64,000 bases of DNA, taken from assembly GCA_964416505.1 (NCBI GenBank), contig CAYQEJ010000001.1, forward strand, positions 1,692 to 65,691, in the 5' to 3' direction. A model generated the notes under the pieces. The model was not told the DNA's origin. It did no database searches and saw nothing but the letters and a program-made list of their open reading frames with translations. This document shows, one piece after another, positions 19,346 to 28,850 of the stretch. Made by a program: the position numbers and the translations under genes. The DNA is from an uncultured Gammaproteobacteria bacterium. GTDB lineage: Bacteria > Patescibacteriota > Microgenomatia > Levybacterales > UBA12049. Within the stretch, counting starts at the first letter, position 1, and the number at the start of each line of letters is the position of its first letter.

Positions 19346-20959
19346 TTATGATTTCAGGAGTTTCTGAGCTGTTTTTCCAGGCACTAGAACAGCATTTATT
19401 CCCTCAACGGCTCCAATCAATCTACCCTCAGAATAAACACTTACTGCCCCTTCTATTCCTCTTTTTCCTTCGCTTTTTGAAAATGAATGGTATTCTATTC
19501 CGTCCCCAGCTTTTACTCTTTCGCTCGTGAATTCTACTCTTCCTAATCTTGTAAATAATGGCACTTTACTTCCTTCATCATCTACTTGAGAAATTCCTAC
19601 TGTTTGAGCCGCCCCTTCTATTAGTTGATCTTCCAAAAGAGTATCATTCTCATCTCCTTCAAGGGGTTTTGTTTTTAGTCCAATTATTCTTGTTAATCTT
19701 TCACCTGTATCAATATTTGAAATCGTAACATTATATGCTCCATCAAGTCTTACGCCAACAGAAACAGCTATTGTTTTGCTTCCGTCAGCGGGAATTACAC
19801 CAAAAAATTCTGCGCTTTCCAAACCAGCAAGTCTTAATCTTCCATCAATTCTTCCAAGTGTTCTTTCCATTTTTTCAATAGTTTCTAAAGCGGCTCTAAT
19901 TTGCTTATGTCCTGGAAGTATTTTTGGTAATCCGTTCTCATCTGAAAAATGCCCCTCAGCGTGATCCGGTGATACATGTGAGATTCCTACCCAGGTTCTA
20001 TGATTTGGTTTTAAATCATCAATTAATTCAGGTTCTTCCCCTCTTGTAGCTTGACTAAAAGAAGCAATTGCTCTGCCTATGGTTTCTTGAACACCACCGA
20101 TTTCTACCAATCTTTGTAATGTATTTACATAAACTTGAGGTGTATCGTAAATTGTTTCAAGAGCAGTTTGTGCATCCGAAACTCCATCAAAAAATTCTGT
20201 GTATCCGCTTTTGATATCAGGATTAGATATTAAGCTAACAACTTTATTACCGACTTGCTCTGGTGTAACTTCATTTGGGAGACCTAATTTATTTGTAACT
20301 TGAGCATGTTGCGTCTCAGCGCTTGAATCTATACCATGTGCAAACCTAACGTTGTAAGTCCCGGCAACTATAGGTGGGCAAACTTCCAAGAATCTAATTC
20401 CTCTATCTTTCATCTCGGGAATTCTTCTTCTAAGAGCTTTTACATCTGGGTGTTTGCTTGCAGCTACTGCATTGTATTGTTGAAGTGAAAATGCTCTTTC
20501 AAGTTGAGGCATAAAATGCCCTGGAACACTTTGCATCCTAATCACTGTTCCTCCACTTCTCATGTGGGGTAATGCTTGATCTAAAAGATCTTGAGAAGCT
20601 TCCTGATTTAGAGCTGGGGTGGGTCCAGATGTACTAAGAATTAAGAAATCAACTTCTCCACCAAGAGTTGCTAAAGCTCCATTAAAAAAATCACTTCTAC
20701 CTTCAGGAGTTGAGATGTCTGCAGCAACTGCATGTGCTTCTCCACCGGCCTCCGCAACAGAGTCCAAAACTTTTTGTGCCCTTTTAGGTTTATCTTTATA
20801 TGAAAATACTACTCTTACTCCTTCTCTTGTAAGAGATTGAACTATAGCACCACCTACGTCTCTGCTTCCTCCTGTAAGAATTGCAGTCTTGCCTGCTAGA
20901 GGTCTATCTGCTGATCTTAAAATGTTAGGGTCTGTAGTGCCTATATGTTCTACTGCCAT
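19346..20959 (-). CDS. short-chain dehydrogenase/reductase-like N-terminal domain fused to a large unknown C-terminal region, atypical composition
   Basis: Rossmann 'GKTAILTGGSRDVGGAIV'. 537 aa. Promoter TTGACA-18-TATAAT, with the -10 7 nt before the ATG. Confidence 0.5.
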   Translation of the reverse strand: MAVEHIGTTDPNILRSADRPLAGKTAILTGGSRDVGGAIVQSLTREGVRVVFSYKDKPKRAQKVLDSVAEAGGEAHAVAADISTPEGRSDFFNGALATLGGEVDFLILSTSGPTPALNQEASQDLLDQALPHMRSGGTVIRMQSVPGHFMPQLERAFSLQQYNAVAASKHPDVKALRRRIPEMKDRGIRFLEVCPPIVAGTYNVRFAHGIDSSAETQHAQVTNKLGLPNEVTPEQVGNKVVSLISNPDIKSGYTEFFDGVSDAQTALETIYDTPQVYVNTLQRLVEIGGVQETIGRAIASFSQATRGEEPELIDDLKPNHRTWVGISHVSPDHAEGHFSDENGLPKILPGHKQIRAALETIEKMERTLGRIDGRLRLAGLESAEFFGVIPADGSKTIAVSVGVRLDGAYNVTISNIDTGERLTRIIGLKTKPLEGDENDTLLEDQLIEGAAQTVGISQVDDEGSKVPLFTRLGRVEFTSERVKAGDGIEYHSFSKSEGKRGIEGAVSVYSEGRLIGAVEGINAVLVPGKTAQKLLKS

Positions 20960-20966
20960 GTCGCGA

Positions 20967-20996
20967 ATTATAGGCTAATTTGCTGGGTTATGTCAA
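20967..20996 (-). promoter_or_regulatory. consensus sigma70 promoter for the 19346..20959 gene (leaderless spacing)
   Basis: Minus strand: TTGACA-18nt-TATAAT-tcgcgac-ATG. Confidence 0.55.
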
Positions 20997-21072
20997 TTCA
21001 AGAAAATTTATTCTTGCGCTATTATTACTTATTTTTAATCTAATAAATAAATTTTCTTTTGATAATAAATTC

Positions 21073-21468
21073 ATGTTAGAAGCGTTTCCCATGGGTGGCG
21101 CTTCATCTTTAGAAGATCAAGCTGCCCCAGAAGAATCAGATCCTGGCACTATTATCACAAGAGAAGAAGCGGAAATTCATGTCAGAAAAATACGAAATGG
21201 TTTTTGGGCTGATATGCGACCAGGAGATAGGAGAATTGCAAATGCTCATGCAAGGATGGCGATAGCAGATGTGGCTTTTGAAATTTTAGGAAGGGAAGAT
21301 TTAGATCCTACCCAGATAGTCCGCTCGACTTATCTTTTGATCGATGCCAGAGATAGGCTTATTCATTCAACATATGGGCATTTTGGAAGAGCTCAAGATT
21401 TGTGGGCTGATAAGGTCGCTGAAGTTGTAAGAATAAGATTATTATCTTCACAGAAGCCTAATGAATAA
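21073..21468 (+). CDS. hypothetical protein, atypical composition
   Basis: The ORF-track start at 20980 is a TTG extension that overlaps the divergent promoter; the first ATG is at 21073 (MLEAFPMGG...). Confidence 0.35.
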   Translation: MLEAFPMGGASSLEDQAAPEESDPGTIITREEAEIHVRKIRNGFWADMRPGDRRIANAHARMAIADVAFEILGREDLDPTQIVRSTYLLIDARDRLIHSTYGHFGRAQDLWADKVAEVVRIRLLSSQKPNE

Positions 21469-22066
21469 ATGCAGTTCTATGATGATCGCAGATTCCAAAC
21501 TTTTTAATTGCGATTCTGTGTTCGAGTGTTCCATATCCTTTATTTTGCGCGAAATTATAATCTGGAAATTTATCATGAAGTTTTGTCATGAGACTGTCTC
21601 TATGAACTTTAGCAATTATAGAAGCTGCAGCGATTGAAATCGATTTGGAATCCCCTTTTATAATAGTTTTTTGGTTTGGTAATCTTAAATCAAACCCATC
21701 TACCAAAATAAAATGGTTGGATAATTTTGGAATTAATTTTTTTAAAATTCTACTAAAGACTTCGAAATTTGCTTTCCCAATCCCCTCTCGATTTATAAAA
21801 TCTAATTCTACTTCAGCAATTTCCCAAATAGAATTTTGTTTGATTAATTCGGAAAGTTTCTCTCTTAGTTTTGGTTTAAGTAGTTTAGAATCATTTATTT
21901 CATCTAGGAAGTTATGTCGAAAATTTGGCTTAAAAATTACACCGGCAGCAACAATCGGGCCTGCAAAAGCTCCACGTCCCACTTCATCAAGTCCAATTAC
22001 ATTTTCAATTCCCCGGTTCCAGTGAATTAGCTCTTCAGTAAATGTTGGTTTGTTCTGAATTTTCAT
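21458..22066 (-). CDS. rnhB: ribonuclease HII
   Basis: 'GLDEVGRGAFAGPIVAAGVIF' has the catalytic DEVGRG motif, and 'ASIIAKVHRD' is also typical. Confidence 0.85.
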   Translation of the reverse strand: MKIQNKPTFTEELIHWNRGIENVIGLDEVGRGAFAGPIVAAGVIFKPNFRHNFLDEINDSKLLKPKLREKLSELIKQNSIWEIAEVELDFINREGIGKANFEVFSRILKKLIPKLSNHFILVDGFDLRLPNQKTIIKGDSKSISIAAASIIAKVHRDSLMTKLHDKFPDYNFAQNKGYGTLEHRIAIKKFGICDHHRTAFIH

Positions 22067-23168
22067 CAGTTAAAAGTGGTGTTTCTATTTCTTCAAGTTC
22101 TGGAAGATTGGAGACGTTAGTTTTTAGTTCTCCGTAAAAGTTGGTCATATTGATATCAAGTTTTTTAATCAAGTCTTCCTGTTTTTTCCATCTAAGAGTT
22201 GTGGCTCTTTGGTCAGCTTGAAGAGAGGCGCGAAGTGCATTTACATTATCAAAATGACTTTGCATTCTATGTTTGAAAGCGTCACTCATCATGTAGTCTC
22301 TTATTTTTCCCCATTCTTCTTCTGTGTGATTTGCTCCCGATTTGGCATGTGACACACTGGTAATGAGGAATCTGACGTATCTACAAATACTAAGAGCATG
22401 CTCATAAGTGGTTATCCAGACTCCGTCAATTCTGTCAAAGGAGCTTGAATCTTGAGGGAGCACTTGTGAAACTATTATGGCTTCCGTTGCTGAAATTTTT
22501 CCTGCATCTTCTTTAAGTTTTGTAAGCCAACCTTTACTCCATGCTTTTGTTCTTTTTGTTTCCCAGATTATAGATCCAACCACTTTTCCGTTAAACTTAA
22601 CCTTCTGCCAGATATCTCCGCCTTCAACGCCTTTTGGAATAGGAGTAAATTCATCATTTGGAAATGTTTCTTTTAGTTTTTCTTCGAGATTTAATTCAAG
22701 TGCTTCTCCTTGAAGCTGTTGTGATCCTTGCTCAAGCTTTTTCTTTAGATCTTCATTTGCGCGCCTTAAGTCTTCTGCAAGGCGTTTGATCTGGTCCATT
22801 TGAATATCTTTTTCTTTTAATTTCAGTGCCTGAGATTCTTGCGCTTCTTTTTGAGCCTGTTTCATCGCTTCTTCTTTTATTTTTTCTTCAGCCTTCTCGC
22901 GCTCAGCTTGCTCTTTTTCCAGTTTTTCTAAAAGTTCTTCTTGTTTTCTCTTTGCTAATAATAGAGCGTCTGAATTTTCCTTAGCTTCTTTTTGAAACTC
23001 TTCTCTAAGTTCTTTTTCCCTTTTAGCAGCTTCTTTGGCTTTTTCTTCTTCAAATTGGGCTTTAAGTTTTTTGCTTTCCTCGTCTCTAACTTGTGCTTGA
23101 AGTTCATGTACTATAGCTTCGGAAAGTTCTACTTGTTTACCGCAATGAGGACATTTAACTGAATCCAT
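22035..23168 (-). CDS. DUF2130-family protein (N-terminal zinc ribbon, long coiled coil, C-terminal globular domain)
   Basis: Begins 'MDSVKCPHCGKQVELSEA', then E/K-rich coiled coil. Overlaps rnhB by 32 nt. Confidence 0.55.
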   Translation of the reverse strand: MDSVKCPHCGKQVELSEAIVHELQAQVRDEESKKLKAQFEEEKAKEAAKREKELREEFQKEAKENSDALLLAKRKQEELLEKLEKEQAEREKAEEKIKEEAMKQAQKEAQESQALKLKEKDIQMDQIKRLAEDLRRANEDLKKKLEQGSQQLQGEALELNLEEKLKETFPNDEFTPIPKGVEGGDIWQKVKFNGKVVGSIIWETKRTKAWSKGWLTKLKEDAGKISATEAIIVSQVLPQDSSSFDRIDGVWITTYEHALSICRYVRFLITSVSHAKSGANHTEEEWGKIRDYMMSDAFKHRMQSHFDNVNALRASLQADQRATTLRWKKQEDLIKKLDINMTNFYGELKTNVSNLPELEEIETPLLTDENSEQTNIY

Positions 23169-23230
23169 AATTCTACCTATGATACGCGCCTGAGCTTTTC
23201 ATTTCAAGTCTAATTTGTTAGGATTTAGTT

Positions 23231-23635
23231 ATGCATGGAATTTTAAGAAATATAACGTTTAATTCTATTTCACTTTTTCTTCTCGCAGAAATAATCTCAG
23301 GCGTAAAAATAATGGGAGGATATCAGGCGATCATAGCTGCTGGGATAATTCTTACTATTCTAAATATGGTAGTAAAGCCAATTATAAATATTTTCTCAAT
23401 TCCTTTTAATATGGTAACTCTGGGTCTTTTCTCTTTTCTTACAAATGCAATAGTTTTGTATCTTCTAACAATTTTTGCGCCAAATATTTCTGTGTCAGCT
23501 TTTACATTTAGTGGTTATACTTGGGCTGGGTTTGTAATTCCTGCTATGAAATTTAATACTTTATTTGCTTTTATAGTATCGGCTGCAGTTTTATCTATAA
23601 TCATTCATTTCTTCAAGTGGCTCACTAAAGAATAA
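23231..23635 (+). CDS. DUF360 / phage-holin-superfamily-IV-like 4-TM membrane protein
   Basis: 'GGYQAIIAAGIILTILNMVVKPII' pattern. Confidence 0.5.
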   Translation: MHGILRNITFNSISLFLLAEIISGVKIMGGYQAIIAAGIILTILNMVVKPIINIFSIPFNMVTLGLFSFLTNAIVLYLLTIFAPNISVSAFTFSGYTWAGFVIPAMKFNTLFAFIVSAAVLSIIIHFFKWLTKE

Positions 23636-23637
23636 AT

Positions 23638-24132
23638 TTATCTTCTAAATCCAAAAGAATCCATTCCTTCATAATAAATTCCGTATGCAAATTCACTTAC
23701 ATCTTCCTCAACATCTTCGCTTGGCATACTTCCTCTTAATTTGTCGAATCGAATTATTATTCTTTGAAGTTGAAAAGGTGTAAGGACTCCAAATTTTATA
23801 GCAAAGTAAAAATCATTTGAAATTATATCTTTAACTACTGAAGTATCTATGGCATCATTTTCTACATTGGCTGAAAACTTTCTATGCGCTTTTTCTGCAT
23901 CAGCCTTGGCTTTTTCAATTGCTTGCTGGTCATTTACGAGAGCATCTCTAACTTTCCCCAAGTCATATCCAAGTGAAAAGTTCTCTATAGCCATATGTAT
24001 TCCTTGTGCTGTGACAGAAGCTGGACACCTCATGCTTGCTCTCACAAACATCCCAAGTCCTACATTTGCTAAAGTTCCCCTTGTTTCGGGTGGCTGTGGG
24101 ATTCCATATAATAGTGGTCTGTCTGGGCTCAT
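23638..24132 (-). CDS. hypothetical protein, atypical composition
   Basis: 164 aa. Promoter TTGCAA-17-TAGAAT-8-ATG shares the palindromic ATTTGCAAAT with the divergent secG promoter. Confidence 0.4.
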   Translation of the reverse strand: MSPDRPLLYGIPQPPETRGTLANVGLGMFVRASMRCPASVTAQGIHMAIENFSLGYDLGKVRDALVNDQQAIEKAKADAEKAHRKFSANVENDAIDTSVVKDIISNDFYFAIKFGVLTPFQLQRIIIRFDKLRGSMPSEDVEEDVSEFAYGIYYEGMDSFGFRR

Positions 24133-24199
24133 GACGGGTTATTCTACAGATTTCCAAATTTATTTGCAAATGAAGAGCATTTGAAGGTATAATAGCCTC

Positions 24200-24409
24200 A
24201 TGATCTTATCTATTCTTGAAGCAGTAGTTGCAGTACTTCTTATAGCAGTTATTCTTTTACAGGTTCAGGGTTCAGGGCTCTCAGCAAGTTTTGGTGGAAG
24301 TGGAGAATCTTTCCGAAGTAGAAGAAGTGTTGAAAAACTGCTGGTTTATTTAACAATAATTTTAGCAATAATTTTCGCATTCTTATCACTTTTACTTCTA
24401 CTCTCCTAA
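24200..24409 (+). CDS. secG: preprotein translocase subunit SecG
   Basis: 'LLIAVILLQ..GSGL...FGGSGES...RRS.EK' two-TM pattern typical of SecG. Confidence 0.7.
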   Translation: MILSILEAVVAVLLIAVILLQVQGSGLSASFGGSGESFRSRRSVEKLLVYLTIILAIIFAFLSLLLLLS

Positions 24410-24418
24410 GTAGGCTTT

Positions 24419-25789
24419 ATGATTTTTTTAAAAAGAAAAAGATTGATCCTTTGGCTTCTAAAAGCTTATTTGAAAAAGTGGGGAAAAACTATTTTAACTT
24501 CATTTGTTCTCGGATTTGGTGTAATTTTAATTTTATTTTTAAATCGTAATTTTTTAATTTCTTTCATTCCTAATCTAAATGAAGAGACTGTTGGAATTGC
24601 AGGGATTTATTCAAGAAGAGATCTTCCAAATAATCTACCAGAAGTTATTCAGTCAGAAGCCTCTAGAGGACTTACTAAAGTAAATGAAAAAGGAGAAGTA
24701 AAACCTGATCTGGCGAAGTCTTGGGAAGTAAAAGATGATGGGAAAACTTTTGTTTTTTATATAAAAGAAAATGAAACTTTTTCTGATGGGCGTGAAGTGG
24801 ATTCAAAATCTATAAATTATAACTTCGCAGATGTAACTATTGAGCGTCCTGCAAAGCATGTAATCGTATTCAAATTAAAAGTTAAATATTCTCCTTTCCT
24901 AGTTACTCTTTCAAATTATAAAGTTTATAAGAAGAATCTGGTGGGAGTTTCAGACTATAAAATAAATGATATCACTACAAACGGTGACTTTATAAGAAGC
25001 ATAGAACTTCTAAATGTTAAAAATAAGAAAAAAATAAAATATGTTTTCTACGATACGCAGGAAGCTTTAAAGAATGCATATGTTTTAGGAGAAGTGACCT
25101 CGATTATTGATATAAATGATTTGTCTTATCACAGAGGAGTTAACTTAGGTTCATTTAAAAATACAAATGTTTTAAAAAATACTAATTCTAATAAAATTGT
25201 GACATTATTTTTTAATACAACTGATTCAGTAGTCTCAGATAAAAAAATTAGAAAAGCTTTAGCATACTCCTTACCAGATAATTTTAAAGACGGTAAGAGA
25301 ACGCATACGCCATATAAAGAAGAATATTGGTTTAATAATTCAGAAGAAAAATATCAAAGAGATTTGGAATATGTAAAAATTCAATTGGAGCAAACTGATG
25401 CTTCAAAAAGCGGAGGCCTTACGCTAAATATAAAAGCTTTACCGCAATATGAATCTTTAGCTAAAGAGATTTCTAAATACTGGAAAGAAATTGGAATCAA
25501 AACAAAAATTGAAGTAGTTGCTGGAGTTCCATCTGATTTTCAAATATTCTTAGGAGAACTTCCGGTTCTTAAAGATCCTGATCAATATACGATTTGGCAT
25601 ACTGGTCAGGATAGTAATATCACAAATTATAAAAACTTGAGAATTGATAAACTTCTTGAAGATGGAAGGCAAACATATGCGTTTGAAGAAAGAAAAAAAA
25701 TCTATGAAGATTTCCAGAAATATCTTATTGATGACATGCCTGCAGCTTTCCTCTTCTACCCTTATACTTATACACTAGTAAGAAAATAA
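24419..25789 (+). CDS. solute-binding protein family 5 (peptide/nickel-type) like, membrane-anchored
   Basis: 'LAKSWEVKDDGKTFVFYIKENETFSDGREV' resembles the SBP_bac_5 signature. N-terminal TM. Confidence 0.4.
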   Translation: MIFLKRKRLILWLLKAYLKKWGKTILTSFVLGFGVILILFLNRNFLISFIPNLNEETVGIAGIYSRRDLPNNLPEVIQSEASRGLTKVNEKGEVKPDLAKSWEVKDDGKTFVFYIKENETFSDGREVDSKSINYNFADVTIERPAKHVIVFKLKVKYSPFLVTLSNYKVYKKNLVGVSDYKINDITTNGDFIRSIELLNVKNKKKIKYVFYDTQEALKNAYVLGEVTSIIDINDLSYHRGVNLGSFKNTNVLKNTNSNKIVTLFFNTTDSVVSDKKIRKALAYSLPDNFKDGKRTHTPYKEEYWFNNSEEKYQRDLEYVKIQLEQTDASKSGGLTLNIKALPQYESLAKEISKYWKEIGIKTKIEVVAGVPSDFQIFLGELPVLKDPDQYTIWHTGQDSNITNYKNLRIDKLLEDGRQTYAFEERKKIYEDFQKYLIDDMPAAFLFYPYTYTLVRK

Positions 25790-27085
25790 TTATTTTAGAG
25801 TGTTGTTTAGAAAATATTTTGCTCTTAATTTCTTGTGATATGTAATTGCGAATCTGTGAGCTTCATCTCTAATTCTTCTAACAAGAGTTAAACCTCCTGA
25901 AGTTCTCGGAAGCCTAATCACATTAAAATCAGAAGTTATGAGAAGCTCTTCTCTTTTTGCAATTCCTATTAGAGGAATTTCCAGATTCATTTCAAATAAG
26001 GCCTTTTTAGCTGAAGAGATTTGTCCTTTTCCTCCATCCACTATTACTAAATCTGGAAAAGGCCATTCAGAGTGGGAAAATCTTCTTTTAATTACTTCTC
26101 TCATCATGGCAAAATCGTTTGGTACAACGCGCGGAGGTCGTTTGATCTGAAATCTCCTGTATTCCGAAGAATCTTTCTCACCGTTTATAAAAACTACCAT
26201 AGATCCTGTAGCAAATTTTCCAGAGATATTTGAAATATCATAACATTCAATTCTTTCTAATTTTTTTAATTTTAATCCGTTTGCATTTAAAGCATCTATG
26301 AGTTCATTTGTTTCAGCTGATCTGATGTCTGCTCTTAGGTTTGGATTTTGCTCATATTCAAAAGCGCTTCTTCTAGGAGTTGTGATTAAAACTATTGAAT
26401 CAATTTTCTTTTGAATTTCGGAGGCTTTTTCAAAATTTTCATTTTTACTTTCATTGTCTCTTTCCTTTTCTAATTCCTTAATTATTTTTTTTGACTCTCC
26501 GCTAAAAAATTGAACTATATGTTTTATATTTTTTCTATATTCTTTAAATTCATCTTCTGTTTTAAACATCGGTGGACAAGGACAAAGTCCTATGTGATAG
26601 TAAAGGCAATGTCTATTTGGATGATTTAAAACTGACTGGTACGGGAAAATCTTTCTGATTAGTTTTAGAACAATTTTTAAATCATTCGAAGATGGAAAAG
26701 GACCGAAAAAAATTGCATTTTTATCTTCTTCACGTCTAGCTAATAAAATCTTAGGAGCTTTATCTTTTATTGTAATTTTTGCTCTGATATAACTCTTTCC
26801 GTCCGTGAGTCTTATATTGTATTTGGGATTATATTTTTTAATTAAATTTGCTTCAAGAAGAAGCGATTCAAGCTCAGAAGAAGTGTTTATGGTTTTAATT
26901 TTCTTAATTTTTTCAACAAGAGCTTGGGTTTTGGGACCTAAATCTTTATTTAGAAAATAAGAGGAAACTCTTTTTTTAAGGTTTTTGGCTTTTCCCACAT
27001 AAATGACTTCCCCCTTTTCGTCAAGAAATAGGTATACGCCTTCTTTTGTAGATAAAGATTGATATGATAAGCGTGAACGTTCCAA
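25790..27085 (-). CDS. uvrC: excinuclease ABC subunit C, short form lacking C-terminal HhH
   Basis: GIY-YIG 'GVYLFLDEKGEVIYVGKAKNLKKR' and endonuclease-domain 'IRDEAHRFAI'. Only 431 aa. Confidence 0.75.
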   Translation of the reverse strand: MERSRLSYQSLSTKEGVYLFLDEKGEVIYVGKAKNLKKRVSSYFLNKDLGPKTQALVEKIKKIKTINTSSELESLLLEANLIKKYNPKYNIRLTDGKSYIRAKITIKDKAPKILLARREEDKNAIFFGPFPSSNDLKIVLKLIRKIFPYQSVLNHPNRHCLYYHIGLCPCPPMFKTEDEFKEYRKNIKHIVQFFSGESKKIIKELEKERDNESKNENFEKASEIQKKIDSIVLITTPRRSAFEYEQNPNLRADIRSAETNELIDALNANGLKLKKLERIECYDISNISGKFATGSMVVFINGEKDSSEYRRFQIKRPPRVVPNDFAMMREVIKRRFSHSEWPFPDLVIVDGGKGQISSAKKALFEMNLEIPLIGIAKREELLITSDFNVIRLPRTSGGLTLVRRIRDEAHRFAITYHKKLRAKYFLNNTLK

Positions 27086-28850
27086 CTGTAATAACTCCTC
27101 CTAAAATAAAAGTGAAAAATATATGTCGGTAAAAAGGAAGCACTTCAAGATTTTTTTCAATTGAGCTTCTACCGATCGATATTTTAATAGTATCAGTTTC
27201 ATTTGTCAAAAGTGGTTTGGAATTAAAACTTACCGGAATTACTTTTTTACCATATGGAGGGATTCTGTCGAAATATAAGTTTTGAGGAACAGGTGACATA
27301 TTATTTGATGTTATATTTACTGTTTGATTAGGAGCTATAACCCCTGAATTATTTGCAATAACTATTTCTCCTTTTATTGGAAGCCCACCTAGGTATTTTT
27401 CAGAGAAATTTGTAGATATAGAAAGAGATGGTAAAACTTTTTCAAAATTTGATTTTGTTTCTACTAATACATCTTGTGTGCTTTTTTGTCCAGCTATCTT
27501 GTATCCTCCCGCTGGAATTGGATATTCGCTGTCGCTTCCCTTTATGACAAATGCAAAATGATCAAAGTCGAAAGTATTAAAATAATCAATTCCTTCTGTA
27601 GTATTCTCCCATGTTGGATCAATCATTATCCATGCTCCCCTCTTGAAATCATAGTACTCTGGCCAGGAGTGCAATACGTCTTTAAGAAGTGAAAGTGGAC
27701 GTTTTGCTGAATTGCTGGTGTTTGCATATCCTTCTACAGCTCGGGCTGGAATTCCTGCTGCTCTGGAAAGTGCGACAAATAGATCTGTGAATTCTAAGCA
27801 AACCGCTGATTTTTTATTTGCTAAAACTCCGCTTGCGCCGGCTCTTTCTTGAGTTTCTTTAACTCTTTCTGAATCATAAGTAAGATTACTGACAACATAT
27901 TTGTAAATTGCCTCTGGAGTTTTAAGTTCTTTCGCAAGCTTTTTTACTTCCGGGTCGTTAACTTCCCAGTATTTTTGAGGTTTTAAATAATTATTTTTTT
28001 GATTTTCATTTAGTGCCTCTTTCTTGGGAATATAATTTATTTTTCCTTCACCCTTAACGATAACATTGTAATCTTCAGATGGTAAAAGTCTGTATTTTGC
28101 AAGCCAATTTCCGTCGCGATCTATATAAACATCCAAAGGTTTTGGATTCATATCAGTAATTTTTATTTCCTGATAATTATTATTTGATGGAATTGCTATT
28201 TCTGTAACAACAGGATAAAGGTTACCGTTTCTTAAATGATATGTTAAGTCAAATTTATAAATTTGGTTTTCCCCATATGCAATTGATACTCCGGAATTTC
28301 CAAGATCTTTTTTACTGAATTTTATAGAGTTGGTTGATATTTGAGCATCTGTAGTACTAGGTTTAATTATTGTTGGTTTTCCAAATGATGGGGGTACATT
28401 TACAGTTGTATTAAATGATTGATATGCATTCTGTTTATCGATACCAGGAATATTTACTTCCCAAATATTTCCAAACTTTTTTGATATTTCCTTTGTTTCA
28501 AAACTAACGCTAAAATTTTGAACTTTATTTATTCCCACAGCTTTATTATTGAATTCCATTGAAAGTTCGATTCCTTTATTGTTTTTGGTTTTGTTCACTA
28601 AAATTTGCCCGCCCGAATCCTTTGCTGATGCATTCTCAATGTCTTTATAACCTAGCTGAATCCTATAAGAGGAAGCATAAAAATTTGTAGATAAATTCTT
28701 AAGACTTATATCAAATGTTACTTTTGTATTTTCGTTTTCTTGGACTTGATAAGTGACATTGTAGCTTGTGGCAAAATTATCTGCTGCGTATGATGCTTTT
28801 GGAAAAATTAAAAAAATTAAAAAAAGGAAAAGGGACAGGATTTTTTTCAT
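27021..28850 (-). CDS. transglutaminase-like domain protein with signal peptide and C-terminal TM
   Basis: 'SAVCLEFTDLFVALSRAAGIPARAVEGY' (Cys-containing core). C-terminal hydrophobic helix followed by KRRR. Confidence 0.6.
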   Translation of the reverse strand: MKKILSLFLFLIFLIFPKASYAADNFATSYNVTYQVQENENTKVTFDISLKNLSTNFYASSYRIQLGYKDIENASAKDSGGQILVNKTKNNKGIELSMEFNNKAVGINKVQNFSVSFETKEISKKFGNIWEVNIPGIDKQNAYQSFNTTVNVPPSFGKPTIIKPSTTDAQISTNSIKFSKKDLGNSGVSIAYGENQIYKFDLTYHLRNGNLYPVVTEIAIPSNNNYQEIKITDMNPKPLDVYIDRDGNWLAKYRLLPSEDYNVIVKGEGKINYIPKKEALNENQKNNYLKPQKYWEVNDPEVKKLAKELKTPEAIYKYVVSNLTYDSERVKETQERAGASGVLANKKSAVCLEFTDLFVALSRAAGIPARAVEGYANTSNSAKRPLSLLKDVLHSWPEYYDFKRGAWIMIDPTWENTTEGIDYFNTFDFDHFAFVIKGSDSEYPIPAGGYKIAGQKSTQDVLVETKSNFEKVLPSLSISTNFSEKYLGGLPIKGEIVIANNSGVIAPNQTVNITSNNMSPVPQNLYFDRIPPYGKKVIPVSFNSKPLLTNETDTIKISIGRSSIEKNLEVLPFYRHIFFTFILGGVITVGTFTLIISIFIYKRRRIPIS

